64,000 nt of DNA from Chiloscyllium plagiosum (lineage: Eukaryota): the NCBI RefSeq assembly GCF_004010195.1, contig NC_057728.1:52623745-52687744 (forward strand), given 5' to 3'. Positions within the stretch are counted from its first letter, which is position 1, and every line of letters starts with the position of its first letter. Below the pieces are notes generated by a model. It was not told the origin of the DNA, made no database searches, and saw only the letters and a program-made list of their open reading frames with translations. Shown one piece after another: positions 25,121 to 39,672 of the stretch. The position numbers and the translations under genes are program-made.

Positions 25121-25819
25121 CAGCACAAATAGAATGGAAAATTCTTCAATTCTGTTTTAGAATGATAGACCTTTACAGCGAGGAAAGAGGCCCTTCAACC
25201 CATCATGTCCATACTGGTCATCAAGCACTTATCTATTTCAGTCCCATTTTCTCGCACTTGGCCTGCACGCTTGTGCGTTCTAGTGATGATCTACATACTT
25301 CTTAAATCGTGGTTCCTACCTCTGCCACCCTTTTATCCATGACCCACGACCCTCTATGTGAAAACAATTCTTTCTTAAATTCCCTGTAAACCTCCTGTCA
25401 TTTTGTGTGCCCCTGGTTATTAACCCCTTTAATAAGTGGAACATTTTGCCCTCCTTCCCCTATCTATGCCCCTCATAGTTTTGTGTACTTCACTCAGGTC
25501 ACCCTTTCGCCACTTCTGCTCGAAGGAAAACAACCCCAAACTATCTCCTCTCCCTTCATGGCTGAGACCATGCAAACCCTTGGTGAATCTCCAATGTCCA
25601 GTCTGTTTCCTGTCATTGAGACTGCTGGTTCTCCATCAGATCTGAAAATCCACTCATTTTCAGCTGCTCCACTGCTGACACCATGTTTTAAGTGCTGTGT
25701 GCAATGGCTGCTACAGGCTCCACACAAATGCACTTACATCAGAGGCAGAGGGGTCACGTGATGACAGCAATCCAACCAAAACAATAGGACCCAATTATAT
25801 TTCTCCAAACAAATTCCTG

Positions 25820-27650
25820 ACAGATGTCAGTGGGAAAATGCTGGAGTCCATTATTCAGGAAGAGACAGCAGGTCCTTTAGAAGAGCTTAACGTAATCAGT
25901 CAACATGGTTTTGTGAATGGGAGATCATGTTTGACAAATTGGCTCATGTTTCTAGGAGAATTTAACAAATAGAGCTGATAACGGAGAACCAGTAAATGAG
26001 CATTTGGAGTTCTCGCAGATATTTAATAAGGTGCCTCATAAGAGATTACTGCACAAGATAGAAGCTTACAGTAATGTATTAGCACAAATTGAGGATTGGT
26101 TAACACACAAAGAGTCAGGATTAATGGATTTCCTTTAGGTTGGAAAGATTTAACTAGAAGAGTGCCAAAAGAATCAGCCCTCGGGTCTCAATTAGTTACT
26201 GTCTATATTCGTAACTTGGAGAAAATGTATTGAAGTTTGCTAATGGTACAAAAATAAGTGGAAGGGCTACTTGTGATAAGGACACAAGGAATCTGCAAGG
26301 GGATATAAATAAGTTTAGTGTGTAGGCAAAAACTTGGCAGTTAGAGTTCAGGACAGCAAAGTGTGAGGTCATGCATGTCAGGTAGGAAGAATCAAAAGGC
26401 AGGCAATTATTTAAATGGAGAGAGACTCCAAAAAAAATTGCAGCAGAGTAATCTGGGTGTTCTTGTGCATAAAACATAAATGGTTCACATGGGGATACAA
26501 GAAGTAATCAAGAAGGCAAATGGAAATTTGGCTTTTATTGCCTTGTTACAATTGGACAGGGTGTTGCTGCACATACAGCACTATGTACAGATTTGTTTTC
26601 TGTACTTACAAAGCAAAGTACTGGCAATGGAGGCAGTTCAAAAGAGATTCACTGGCTGATTTCAGGGGAGATGGAGTTGACTTATCAACACCAGCTAAAT
26701 AGGTTAAGGCTTTATTAATTATAGTTTAGAAGAATGGAGGTTTATCTTATTAAACAGAGGCAGTTCTGAGTGGGGCTTGACAAGGTAGATGTTGACAGGG
26801 TCTTTCTGGTAGTGGAAGGAATCACAATCTAGGGAACTTTGTTCTGGAATAAGAAGTGCTCATTTAAAACTGTGATGGCAAGGAACGTATTTCTCCCAGA
26901 GAGTAGTAAACATCTAGAATTCTCTACCCCAGAGAGTGATGGAGGATAAAGTGGCATAGTGGCTCAGTAGTTAGCACTGCTGCCTCACAGCACCAGAGTC
27001 CCAGGTTCAATTCCAGCCTCAGGCAACTGCCTGTGCGGAGTTTGCACATTCTCCCCGTGTCTGCGTGGGTTTCCTCCCACAATCCAAAGATGTGCAGGTC
27101 AGGTGAATTAGCCATGCTAAATTGCCCATAGTGTTGGGTGCATTAGTCAGAGGGAAATGGGACTGGGTAGGCTACTCTTCGGAGGGTCGGTTTAGACTTG
27201 TTGGGCTGAAGGGCCTGTTTCCACACTGTAGGTAATCTAATCTAATTCCAGCCTCGGGCAGTTGTCTGTGTGTGGTTTGCATGGTTTTCTCTGTGTCTGC
27301 ATGAGTTTTCCTCCCAGGTTAGGTGAATTGGTTATGCCAAATTGCCCCTGTCCAGGGATGTGTAAGTTAGGTGCACTAGCCAGGGGTAAATATAGGGGAA
27401 TGGGTCTGGGTGAGTTACTCTTTGGAGGGTTGTTGTGGACTTGTTAGGCTGAAGGGCCTGTTTCCACACAGTTTTAAAATAAAAATCACTGAAAGGTGTG
27501 TAAAGTGAAAGCAGCTGGAGTTTTGAAATACAGGGGAGTAAAAGGACATAAAAGAGAAATTGGGCCTGTGGCAGGTCAGCCATAATTTTATAGAATGATG
27601 GAGGCAAGTTCGAAAGGCCAAACGGCCTATTCTTGCTTCCATTACATATC
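25820..27650 (+). mobile_element. Old CR1 LINE (RT to 3' end) interrupted by SINEs
   Basis: SQHGFVNGRSCLTN, FNKVPHKRL, FANGTK motifs. Confidence 0.8.
26949..27471 (+). mobile_element. Two HE1-type V-SINEs (full copy 26949-27245, then the remainder of an older copy)
   Basis: Head, V-domain, TAATC tail; second copy resumes at ccagcctcgggca. Confidence 0.85.
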
Positions 27651-30419
27651 ATCTGGTAGGTATCAAATTGACATGTAACATGATTAAATGATTTCAGCAA
27701 GGCAGATAGAGAGAGCCACTATTTCATCTGAAGTGGGGATTTCAGAACATCTCAACTTTAGAAATAAGCCCTTTTGAGGTGATCAGGAGCTACTTCTTCA
27801 CACAAATAATTATTGGATTCTGGGATTCTTTCCTTCAAAAGCTGGTGTTCAATTCAAAATTTCAAGTGAGATTTTAGCAGAGCAAGGGTGATGGAACTAA
27901 CTGGGTAAGTGGAGTCAAGATGCAGATTAGATACAGGTTCCTTGAATAGCAGGACAAACTCAAGGGGCTGAATAACCTCTTTCTGATCCCATGCTATCTT
28001 TCTCACTGGGGCTTGGTATAATGTGGTTTTGGGCATGGGTGGTCTTCTCAGTTCCAATTTGGATGAGGGAACGGCTTAACCGAATGAAGCCCACTTCTTC
28101 CTGGGTGGGATCATGAGAGTGATCAGATTATACGACTCTCGATCAATCTTTGACCACAGCCTCACTCAATCTGGCACAGGTCTAGGTTTTGGATTTTACC
28201 TACTCCTGTATTAAGACTGTAATGTGACTCGTTGCCAAATTGAGGAAGTCAGATGTTTTGAAATCAGAGGGAAGCACGAGTAGAATATTCCCACGATTTA
28301 GTGTGAAGAAGGACAATGATTCATTGCTGGTGGATGTCACGTGTAAAGCTTTCAAATTTTCACTTTTTTGATGGCTCTGCTCTATTTACATTTTGCCACA
28401 CTCTGACATTGCACTATTTACGTTTTCAACTGAAAAGATTGAATACAGTATCGCCCCTACACTTCCTTGACCTCCAAGTCACTATACGGGAATCTGGAAT
28501 GCACTGCCTGGGACACTAGTTGAAGCGGGAAGCCTCATAATCTTTTAAATAGTACTCGGGTTAGTATTCAAAGCGCCTAATTCTTGAAAGTGGGATTAGA
28601 ACAGTAAGAGCAGTTTACTGTTGTTGCAGACTTAATGGGTTGGAAAACCTCTACGGTATAATTATATAACTTTATGATACCACACCCAGTTAGGCTTGTT
28701 AAGAGTGACAGATTCAGGAAACGTGCCAAAAGCTTCTGTCGATTCAGCAACATCAGAGAGATCTGTCACAATGAGGTTGCTTGTGGGGCGCAAAGGTGTT
28801 TGTATAAAAGTGTTACAGCCAAATCATCAATGTGGGAACACCTCCCCACCCCAATAATATATCAAACTGCTGAAAGCTTCCAACTTTTTCTGCACTTTGT
28901 CTCAAATTTCTGATGCCTTTAGCAATGTGTAATAGCATTGTAGTATTGTCACTGGTACTAGTAATCCTTAAACACCAGGTTAATATCTCAGGAGGTAGGT
29001 TCAAATCCCAATGTGATTGATGATGAAATTTAGTAAAATGCTAGTGTAATGGCAGCCATATACCAACTTTCTTTTGTCATAAAAGCCCATTTAGTTCACT
29101 AATCTTACCCAGTCTGGACTACACATCACTCAAGACCCAAGGCATTGTGGCGAACTCTGAACTGCTGACTCTCGGTGTTAGGGTTGGGTAATAAATGCTG
29201 TCCTCAACAGCAGTGCTCACATCTCATGAACAAATTAAAACAAAAAAAATCCCTCACACTCCTGTGCTGTTACTGCCCAGTACCCTACCCTCCTGGTAAG
29301 GTTTGCAGGGCTCTGGGAAAAGAGCACAGGATTGGAACTAAATAGTTTGTGCATTTGATAAAGCTAATGTCCATTTAAATGTATTTGTACTTAGCTCAGG
29401 ATACTCCAGAACACCTTACAGCCAATGAAACACTTTTGTGATCAATAACCAGAGTATATGCTTCTGAGCAATGTTAGTTGTTGGGAAACACTGACCTGGA
29501 GATCAGGCAGAACACTCCAAAATCATGACATGACATCTTCTACCTCTCCCTGAGAGGGAAGGTGGGTGTCCTTTTCAATCTTTATCCTGCATTAAACCAA
29601 AGGGTCCTCAGGTCATTGATCACATTGCTTTTTGTGGGAGCTTGCAGTACCTTTAAAAAAGTTCTGCAGCATTTCTTGCATTACAACTGTGACTGTGTTT
29701 CAAGGCCTTTCATTGGCTGTAAAGTGTTTGAAACATCCTGATCTCATGACAGGTGCTATATAAATGCACATTATTTCATTTACTCTTTTGAGCACTGCAG
29801 CTCCATGCTGACTGACTGATCGTTTTCCAAAGCTGTTGATGAAATCATAGGGTCAGAAATGCCTCCCTTCATTTGTGAAATCCCATTATAACAATTTCAT
29901 GTGTCCTTTCTCCAATCCGAATGAAATCATATAAAGAACATGAAGCTAGGCACTGGCTCTGTACTGGCCTCCCAAAAAGAGCCACCTACATCACCTCACT
30001 CCACGGTGTTTCTCTTTTCAAATGTCGGCAAGTAAACTATTTTACTTACAACTAAAGTGAAGCAGCTTTCATGGTATTAGCTGTAGGATACCTAAACACT
30101 AGAGTGCTAGAGAGGTGCCTAACACCACACTCAGTTGTTTGTAAACATATCCAAACTGGTATTGGCATGCTCCAACAATAACAATTTCTATTTCTTTAGC
30201 ATGATCCACGTGAGGGAGGTGTTGGAGTGGTTGTAATGTTACTGGAGCAATAATCCAGAGCCCCAGAGTATCTGGGTTTCAATAATACTATGGCAGATGG
30301 TGAAATTTGAATTCACCAAAACTAAATCTGGAACTAAAAGCTATCCTTTGTGACCATGTCATAAAATCCCATCTGGTTTCATGAATGTTCTTCAGGGGAG
30401 GATATCTGTCTTCGTGTTA

Positions 30420-31900
30420 TTCCATAGAAACACAGAAACTAGGAGCAGAAGCAAGTACTTTGGTCCTTCAAGCCTGCAATGCCATTTAATATGTCATGTC
30501 CGATCCTCTATCTCTATGCTATATTCCCACTTTTTCCCCATATCCCGTAATAGCTTTAACATTAAAAAATCTATTTTTTTCTTGAATATATTCAATGAAC
30601 GCCTTCACAGCTTTCTGTGGCTAATAATTCCACAGTTTCACTACCCTCTGAGTAAAGACTGCCTTCCTCAGTTCATTCCTAAATAGTTTAACCCTGTATC
30701 CTGAGACTTTGTCTTCTAGTTCTAGAATCCCTACCAGGGAAAACATCTTCCCTGCATTTAGTCTGTCCGGCCCTGTTACAGTTGAGTACATTTTAATCAA
30801 ATTCCTCTCCTTCTAAACTCTAGAGTATTCAGGCCCAGTTGATCCAATCTCTCTTCATAGGACTGTCCTGCCATATCCTTCATTAGTCTAATCAACCTCT
30901 GCTGCACTCCCTCTATGGCTAATATATCTTTTCTTTAGGTAGGGAGACCAAAACTCAATGTAATATTCCAGGTATTATCTCACCAAGACCCTGTAACTTT
31001 GCAGTAGAGCATCCCTATTTCTGAACTCAAATCTTACAATGAAGGCTAACATAACCTTTGCCTTCCTAACTGCTTGCTGCATGTGTCTGTCTACTTTCTT
31101 AGTCTGGTGTACAAGTACACCCTGATCCTTTTGTACGTCTACATTTCCTAACACATCACTACTTAAATAATGCTCTTCATTTCTGTTTTTCAGACCAAAG
31201 TGGATAATTTCACATTTAGCCATGTTGTGTTGTATCTGCCATTTGCTGGCTCATTTACTCAATTTGTTTAAATCACCTTGAAGCCACCTTGTATCCTCCT
31301 CACTACTCACAATCCCACCTAGTTTTGTGTCATTAGCAAACTTAGAAATGTTGCATTTGGCTCTCTGACCCAGGTCATTGATATATAACACTGATCTTTA
31401 CATTAACCTGCTAGTCAATCAGAAAATGATCCATTTACTGTGTCTATTCTGTCAACCAATTCTTTAGATTAGATTCCTTACAGTACGGAAACAGACCCTT
31501 CGGTCCACCAAGTCCACACTGATCCTCCGAAGAGCAACACACACAGACCCATTCCCCATATTTACCCCTGACCAATGCACCTAAAAAAAATGGGCAATTT
31601 ACCATGGCTAATTCATCTGACCTGCACAAACTTGGATTGTGGGAGGAAACCCACACAGACATGGGGAGAATGTGCAAACTCCACACAGACAGTCACCTGA
31701 GGTGGGAATTGAACCTGGGTCCCTGACGCTGTGAGGCAGCAGTGCAAACCCCTGAGCCACCGTGCCGCCCCAGTTCTTAATCCATGTTATTGTATTAACT
31801 TGTATCTCATGTGTTTTAATTCTGCACAATAACCTCTTATGAGGGATTTAAAAACAGCCAAGTGTACCACATCCACTGGTTTGCCCTTATCTGCTCTACA
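30420..31900 (-). mobile_element. Old CR1 LINE fragment
   Basis: ORF 30975-31223 AKCEIIHFG..QKDQGVLVH..KAKVMLAFI..YRVLVR. Confidence 0.85.
31464..31770 (-). mobile_element. HE1-type V-SINE
   Basis: Head, V-domain, TAATC tail. Confidence 0.9.
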
Positions 31901-33857
31901 ATTGGGACGACTATCCGACAGACCAGTCAAGCAACAGCCTGACAGTCATTCCCACAGAATCAAACCTTACAATGTCTTAGGTACCTGCAATACCATCCCT
32001 GGTTATGTCCTATATGTCTTGAAGCACAGATCTAGCAGATGTGGCTGCACAGTGGCATGGAGTCAGGGACAAACTGCCCTGTGAGTTCTCAACATTGAGT
32101 CCAAACTCAATTAAGCCTCACAACATCTTTTTACGCACTCCGGGAAACCTCCACCACCTACCAGCCTCCACCATCTTCCCCCAACCCCCTTCAACTACTG
32201 AATCAGGACTCCTCCACATAGAACATCACTTGAAAGAAGCACTGAAGGTGGCAAGAGCACAGAATATACTCTGGGCCATCAATGTCCATCACCAATTATG
32301 GCTTGGCAGCACCACTACTGATTGAACTAGCTCGCCTTAAAGGACATAGACTGAGTCTGTAGCAAGTGATGAGGGAACCAACAAGAGAGAAAAATCTACC
32401 TGACCTTGAAGTCACCAATCTATCTGCTGTAGAGATGTCCATCTATCACAGTATGAGTGACCACTGCACAGGCTTTGTGGAGGTGAAGTCCTGCCTTCAC
32501 ATTCAACATATTCTCCATCATGTAGCATGGTGCTATTAGCTTGCTAAATGACACAGACCTCAAACAGATCAAGCAACTCAGGACAGAGCATGCATGAGAC
32601 ATTGTGGGCCATCAACAGCAGCAGAATTATTCTCCAACACAATGGGCAACCTCATGGACTGACATATCATGCACTCTACCATTATTATCAAGTCAGAAGA
32701 TCAACCCTGGTTCAACAAAGAGTGCAGTATGGCATGTGAAGAGCAGCACCAGGAAGCTCCTTGGATGCTGCCCGAACTGCTGTGCTCTTCCAGCACCACT
32801 AATCCAGATATCTAAAAATGAGATGTAAACCTGGTAAAGCTACAAAACAGAACAATTTGTATGCCAAACAGCAAAAACAGCATGCAATAGATGGGTTTAA
32901 GCAATCTCTCAACCACTGGATCAGATCTAAAATCTGCAGTCCTGCCACGTCCAGTTGCAAATGGCGGTGGACAATTAAACTTCCAACAAAACGTGTCTAT
33001 GTGGGTTGCTCTTCGGAGGATCAGTGTGGACTTGGTGGACCGAAGGGCCTGTTTCCATACTGTAGGGAATCTAATCTAAAGAATTGGTTGACAGAATAGA
33101 CACAATATAGCTTCACAAATATTCTCATTCTCAACAACGGTGAGCTCTTCAATGCAAAAAACAAAGCTAATGTATATTTGCTTCATTTCAGCCAGATGTG
33201 CCAAGTGGATGACCCCTCTCAGCCTTCATCTGAGGTTGCCAATACCATAGATACCAGTCTTCAGCCAATTTGATTCATTCCATTTGAAATAAAGAAACAG
33301 CTGAAGACACTGGATATTGCAAAAATTATGGACTCTGACAATGTGGTACTGAAGACATGTGCTCCAGAACTAGCTAGGCCTACTCCATTCTAGTTCAACT
33401 ATAATATTGACATTTACATGACACTGTAGAAATTTTCCCAGGTACATCCAATACAAGAAAGCAGGACAAATCCAACTCTTCCAATTACTGACCTATCAGT
33501 CTACTACTAACATGCAGCAAAGTAATGGATAGGTTGTTGACAGGACTGTTGAGGCAATTGCAAAGGAACAGTCTACCCACTGACACTCAGTTTGTGATAT
33601 GCCCTGCTCACTAGGCTTCTCGCTTTATGATAGCCTGGATCCAACATGAATTCGAGATGTGAGGTGAGAGTGACTGCTCTTGTAAGAACACATTTGCCTG
33701 AGTATGACATCAAGCAAAGCTAGCAAACATGGGAGTCAATAGGACAGTTTTAAGTTGGCCAACCTGTGACCATGTAACCACATTCAATGATTATAAAAAC
33801 CCATTTGGTTCATTAATGTCCTTTAGGGAAGGGATTCTGCCATGTTCACCTGATCTG

Positions 33858-34225
33858 AAAATGTGTTGCTGGAAAAGCGCAGCAGGTCAGGCAGCATCAA
33901 GGGAACAGGAGAATCGACGATTCCGGCATAAGCCCTTCTTCAGGAATGAGGAAAGTTTGTCCAGCAGGCTAAGATAAAAGGTAGGGAGGAGGNNNNNNNN
34001 NNNNNNNNNNNNNNNNNNNNNNNNNNNNNNNNNNNNNNNNNNNNNNNNNNNNNNNNNNNNNNNNNNNNNNNNNNNNNNNNNNNNNNNNNNNNNNNNNNNN
34101 NNNNNNNNNNNNNNNNNNNNNNNNNNNNNNNNNNNNNGTTCCCTGGATGCTGCCTGACCTGCTGCGCTTTTCCAGCAACACATTTTCAGCTCTGATCTCC
34201 AGCATCTGCAGACCTCACTTTCTCC
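33858..34225 (+). mobile_element. Palindromic PLE insertion (family A) with gap in its centre
   Basis: Inverted arms either side of the N run; 12 bp direct repeat tcacctgatctg at 33846-33857 and 34226-34237. Confidence 0.85.
33993..34137. other. Assembly gap (N run)
   Basis: Run of n. Confidence 1.
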
Positions 34226-35502
34226 TCACCTGATCTGGCCTACTGTGACTCTAGACCCACAGCAGCATGCTTGACTCTCACCTACCTTCTGCATAATTAG
34301 GGATTTGCAATAACTACTGGCCTAGTCAGTAATGCTTACAAGCCATGAAAGAGTAAAAAGGGGCAAACTCTCCGCTGGTTGGAGTTATAGTTAGTACAAA
34401 GTGATGCCTAGAGTAAAGAGTTGTGGTTGTTGGAGGTCAGTAATCTCAGAACATCTCAGCAGGAGTTCTTCAGGATTGTGTCCTATGCCCAACATCTTCA
34501 TCAATGACGTTCCCTCGTTCATAAGGTCAAAGTTGGAATATTTACCAATGATTAAACAATATTCGGCATACCTGTTTATGACATCTCAGAAGCAGTCTGT
34601 ATACATATTCAGTACGACCCGGAGAACATCTAGTCTTCGGTTGATATATAGCAAATAACATTGGTGCCTTACCAATGCTAGGCAATGACCATCTCCAACA
34701 TGAGAGAATTTAATCATCATCTCTTGACTTTCAATGGCATTACCAATGCTGAATTCCCACAATCAATACCTAAGGATTACCACTGACTAAAAATTAATCC
34801 ACACCAGCCATATAAATACTGCAGCTACAAGAGCAGGTCAGAGGCTAAGAATTCTGAGGCACCCATGCTCCCCTCAAAACCTGTCCGCCACCTACAATGC
34901 ACAAGTCTGGAATGTGATCATATTATGTATTTCTAAGTTACCTGCTATTACATCCTTCAAAAGAGACTCTTAACATTTTCCTAACAACAGAGGTGATGCT
35001 AACAGGATTGTAAATACCTGTTTTTTTTTGTCTCCCTCTCTTTTCAATAAGGGTTTAAAATTGGTAGTTTTCCAATCCTCTGGGATTTTTCCAGAATCTA
35101 AAGATTCTTGGAAGGCTACTACTGGTGCATCCATTATCATTGTAGCTACTTCTTTATATATCATACGATGCAATGGATCAGGTCCAGGGGACTTCTCAGT
35201 CTTTAGTCCCATGAGTTTCTCTAATCCATTATCGCTGGTGGTAGTTGTTGTGTTTGTTCCTTTCCTCCTTTTGCCTGTTAATTATTTAGTATTTTTGGAC
35301 TATTATGAGTGCGTTCTACTCTAAAGACTGGTGCAAAGTATTTATTTAATCTTCTGTCATTTCCTGAATCCCCCATCACTATATCCACAGTCTCATATGC
35401 TAAGGAGCCTATGTTCTCCTTGGCCTCCTCCCTTTGATACACTTAAAGAAGCTCATTCAGTCCATCTTGATATTACTTGCAAGTTTATCCTCAAGGTTCA
35501 AC

Positions 35503-36235
35503 AACTCTTAATGGTAAGGTCCTAGGGTGTATTGCTGAACAAAGAGACCTTGGAGTGCAGGCTCATAGCTCCTTGAAAGTAGAGTCGCAGGTAGATAGGA
35601 TAGGGAAGAAGGCGTTTGGTATGCTTTCCTTTATTGGTCAGAGTACTGAGTACAGAAGTTGGGAGGTCATGCTGCAGCTGTAGAGCACATTGGTTAGGCC
35701 ACTTTCGGAATATTGCGTGCAATTCTGGTCTCCTTCCTATCGGGAGGATATTGTGAAACTTGAAAGGGTTCAGAAAAGATTTACAAGAATGTTGCCGAGA
35801 TTGGAGGATTTGAGCTATAGGACGAGGTTGAATAGGCTGGGGCTGTTTTCCCTGGAGCGTCAGAGGCTGAGAGGTTTTTAAATAATGTGGGGCATGAACA
35901 GGATAAATGGACATAGTCTTTTCCCTGGGGTGGCAGAGCCCAGAACTCGAGGGCATAGGTTTAGGGTGAGAGGGGAAAGATATAAAAGAGACCTCAGGGG
36001 CAACCTTTTCACACAGAGGGTGGTACGTGTATGGAATGAGCTGCCAGAGGAAGTGGTTGAGGCAGGTACAATTGCAACATTTAAAAATCATCTGGATGGT
36101 TATTTGAATAGGAAGGGTTTGGAGGGATATGGGCCTGGTGCTGGCAGGTGGGACTAGATTGGGTTGGGATATCTGGTCGGCATGGACCAGTTGGACCGAA
36201 CGGTCTATTTCCATGCTGTAAATCTGTGACTCTAG
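35503..36235 (+). mobile_element. Young CR1 3' fragment
   Basis: VRPLSEYCVQFWSP..LERVQKRFTRM..FTQRVVRVWNELP. Confidence 0.95.
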
Positions 36236-36844
36236 AGTGCCCTTCTTTTTAATGGTCATCTTTTGTTGATTTTTAAAACTTTCCAAATCCTCTGGTTTAC
36301 GACTAATTGTTCCCACTTTGTCTGTTTTCTCTTTCAAATTAATACTGTCCTACACTTCCCTGGTTAACATTGTTGCCTTGTCCCCTTCTTCTTTACTGGG
36401 ATATATCTTTATTGTGAGTCGTAAACTATTTTCTTAAAAGTCTGCTGTTGGTCCTCAACCATCTTTGCTGCTAACCCCCTTTCCCAGTTCACTCCAACCA
36501 GTTCTGCCCTCATTCCTTTATAATTACCCTTATTTAAGTTTAGCACAAGCTTCCAACCCAAGTCTCTCTCTCTCTCAAAAACTGAATGTTAAATTCTACT
36601 ATGTTAAGGTCACTGTCTTAAGGGGATCTTTTATTCTTAGATCATTTATTAAACCTGCCTCATTACACATCACCAGATCCAAAACAGTCTGATCCCTGTT
36701 AGGATCCACAATATATAGTTCTAGGAGAATGTCCCAAATATACTCTATGAATTCTTTTTCATGGCTACCTCCATCAATCTGACTTTCCTAATCTACATGA
36801 AGATTAAATTCACCCATGATTAATGGACTCCATTTATTTTAGAA

Positions 36845-36980
36845 AGAGAGTGCCTCTGCTTATAAATTCTGTGCCTGTGTGCTTCCCTCCACTTCACCTT
36901 ACAAAGGGGCAGCACTCTGAAAGCTTGTGATTTCAAATCAACCTGTTGGACTATAACCTGGTGTTGTGTGACTTCTGACT
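36845..36980 (+). mobile_element. PLE terminal fragment (family C)
   Basis: gaaagcttgtgatttcaaatcaacctgttggactataacctggtgttgtgtga. Confidence 0.65.
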
Positions 36981-38219
36981 CTGTCTTAAATGGGAAACCC
37001 CCTACTCTGAGATTATACCCTCTGGCTCTAGACTGTCTTACAACAGGAAACAACCCCTCCCCACCTACCTGTCAAGCCTCCTAAGAATCTTACATGTTTC
37101 AATAAGGTTTCCTCTCATTCTTGTAAACTCCAATGAATCTGCTCAATCTCTCCTCATAAGAAAATCTCTTACTCAGCTTTCTGCAATATTTCTCCATTTA
37201 AACAATATTCAACTCTTTTATTCTTCCTGCCAAAGTGCATAGCTGCACACTTTCCTACTGTATTGTACGTTGCCAAGTTTTCACTCACTCACTCAATCTG
37301 TTTATATCCCTCTTTAGACTCTTGTGCCATCTTCACCCCTTGTCTTCCACCTATTTTTCTGACATCCACAAACTTGGCAAGAATACATTTACTTGCCTCA
37401 TCCAAGGCATTATTATACATTAGAAATAATTGTGGCCCCAATGCTGATTTCTCTGGTACCCCTCTAATTACAGGCTGCCATCCTGAAAAGGTCGTGTTTA
37501 TCTGAATTATTTTTTTCTGTTAATTAGCCAATTCTCAATCGATTGAATATACTGTCCCCATACTTTGAATGTTTATTAAGTAGCTTCTTTAGTAGTACGT
37601 TATCAAGTGCATTTTGGATATCAAATGTATTACATCTATTGGTTACATCTACTTATCTATTGTACCTCCTCAAAGTATTCTAAAAAATTATCAGGCATGA
37701 TTTCCTCTTCATGAAGACACACTGACTCTGTTTGATTATAATATACATTTCTAAGTGCCTTGTTATTACATTCTTTCTATTAGCCTTCAGCCTCATTAGA
37801 ATCATAGAATTAGTACAGAGTGTGGAAGCAGGCCATTCAATTCATTAAGTCCATACCAACCCTCCAAACAGCATCACACCCATTCCCATTCCTCTACCTT
37901 ATCTCTGGAACCCCACAATAACCATGGCCAATTCACTTAACCTGCACATCTTTGGACTGTGGGAGGAAACCATAGTTTAGTATGTTTGGGATGTTATTAA
38001 TGTCTCTATTGTGAAGACTGACGCAAAGAATTTATTTAATTCTAGTACCATTTCCTTTTTTACACATTATTATTTTCCCAGCCTCATCCTTTATGGGGCC
38101 TATGTTCATTTTGGCTTCTCTCTTCCTTTTTAAATATTTAAAGAAGTTTTTACTGTCCATTTTTATCTTACTTGACGATTTATCTTCAATGTTTATTTTC
38201 TTCCTTTTTTTTGGTCATC

Positions 38220-38412
38220 CTATGTATACACAAGAACACACCACACACATACAATTCCCTCAACTCACACAGATTTGTACAAACATACATTCACTCACAC
38301 ATGTACAAACACATGCACTCACCCATTCGTTCGCGCACACTTATGTAGAAACACATTCTTGCCCACAACAATCCACAAGATACAGATTTGCATCCTCACA
38401 TAACCACTCATA
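38220..38412. repeat. Degenerate (CA)-rich low-complexity tract
   Basis: acacac-rich run. Confidence 0.7.
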
Positions 38413-39523
38413 AACAGGCCTAGGGTCACTCTAAACCTTGCCTAATGCAGTGATTGGTAAATACTTACTGGCTGTGAGAGAGTGTCTTTTAGCACGGACC
38501 AGCCTACCCAGCTCCGGATGTGTGCGTTCACACTTTGGTGCACGGGTTTTATTTGTCTGCTCCAGAGTATGTGCAGTGGAGTTGGAGCCACGCCCTGGGT
38601 AGAAAAGGTTGGGGTGCTGTCAGTGTGTTACATGAAAGAAAGACACTTCACAAATTATGTGACTCTTTCACTGAATCTCCCACAAATTACTTGGAGTCTG
38701 CAGCATACAGACAGGCCTTTCGGCCCAAATGGTATATGCTGGTACTTATGCTTCACACAGGCCTCGTCCATGTCTTTTATTCTAAACCTAACAGTATTGC
38801 TTCTTATTCCCCTCTCTCTCTCTCCATCTCTCAATGGTTTATCTCACTTCTGCTTTCACACTTTTCACCTCTATTACTCCTCTTAGATAGCAGCTTCCAC
38901 AATCTAACTCCCCACTAGGCCCAAGAAGCCAATGTGGAGTTGGAATCCTGGTGCTATACTCACTTCAGTTATTTTCCTTTCCTACCCCGTTGTCAACATT
39001 TGACACAAAACATGAGATCGGACTGGATGGAATAACGCAAACCACCTTAACATGGAAGAAACATTATTAAGAATAAAGCGAACACATATTTTAATTAACA
39101 TGACTGACAAGATGCACCCTAATTTTAAGAAATGTTTATTGATTGTTCCTGGTGATGTGGGTGCTGCATGCTCATCCCTAATGCCCCTGAACTGAGTGCC
39201 TTGCTCAGCCAGTATAGAGGGCAGTTAAAAGCCAACCATATTGCTGTGGGTCTGACGTTACAGAGGCTACACCAGCTAACAGTGTCAAATTTCTTCCCGA
39301 ATAGGGCATTGGTACAGTCAGAGGGTTTTAATGACAATCAACAATAGTCCCACAGTCACTGGTACTTTGATCAATTTTAAGTGCTAGATTTCATTCATTC
39401 TACTAGCTATAATGGTGGAACTTGAACCTACATCCCCACAGCAGTAGCCTGAGCTTCATCGGACTATTAATCCAGGGATATGCCTGTGCTTCCCCATGTT
39501 GATATATAGTAACAGCTCCCTGA

Positions 39524-39672
39524 CAAGATTAGAATGGTGCTGGAAAAGCACAGCAGGTCAGGCAGATCCAAGGAATGATTTTCCTGCTCCTCAGATGCTG
39601 CCTGACCTCCTGTGCTTTTCCAGCACCATTCTAATCTTGTCTCTGATCTCCAGCATCTACAGTCCTCACTTT
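39524..39672 (+). mobile_element. Short palindromic PLE mini-element (family A), hammerhead deleted
   Basis: Inverted arms; flanks cagctcc(c/t)tga at 39513-39523 and 39673-39683. Confidence 0.82.

Larger units (their letters stand above)
31900..34920 (+). mobile_element. Second CR1/Jockey-group LINE family (APE endonuclease plus RT, degenerate) with nested insertions
   Basis: LLHIEHHLKEALKVARAQNILWA-INVHHQLWLGSTTTD (GDFN-like region), KQDKSNSSNY*PISLL; matching 3' ends at 52855-53330 and 41280-41480. Confidence 0.7.
34920..38220 (-). mobile_element. Cluster of old minus-strand CR1 fragments
   Basis: ORF 34970-35212 LKTEKSPGPDPLH..FQESLDSGKIPEDWK; further RT and 3' motifs at 36980-37800. Confidence 0.75.
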
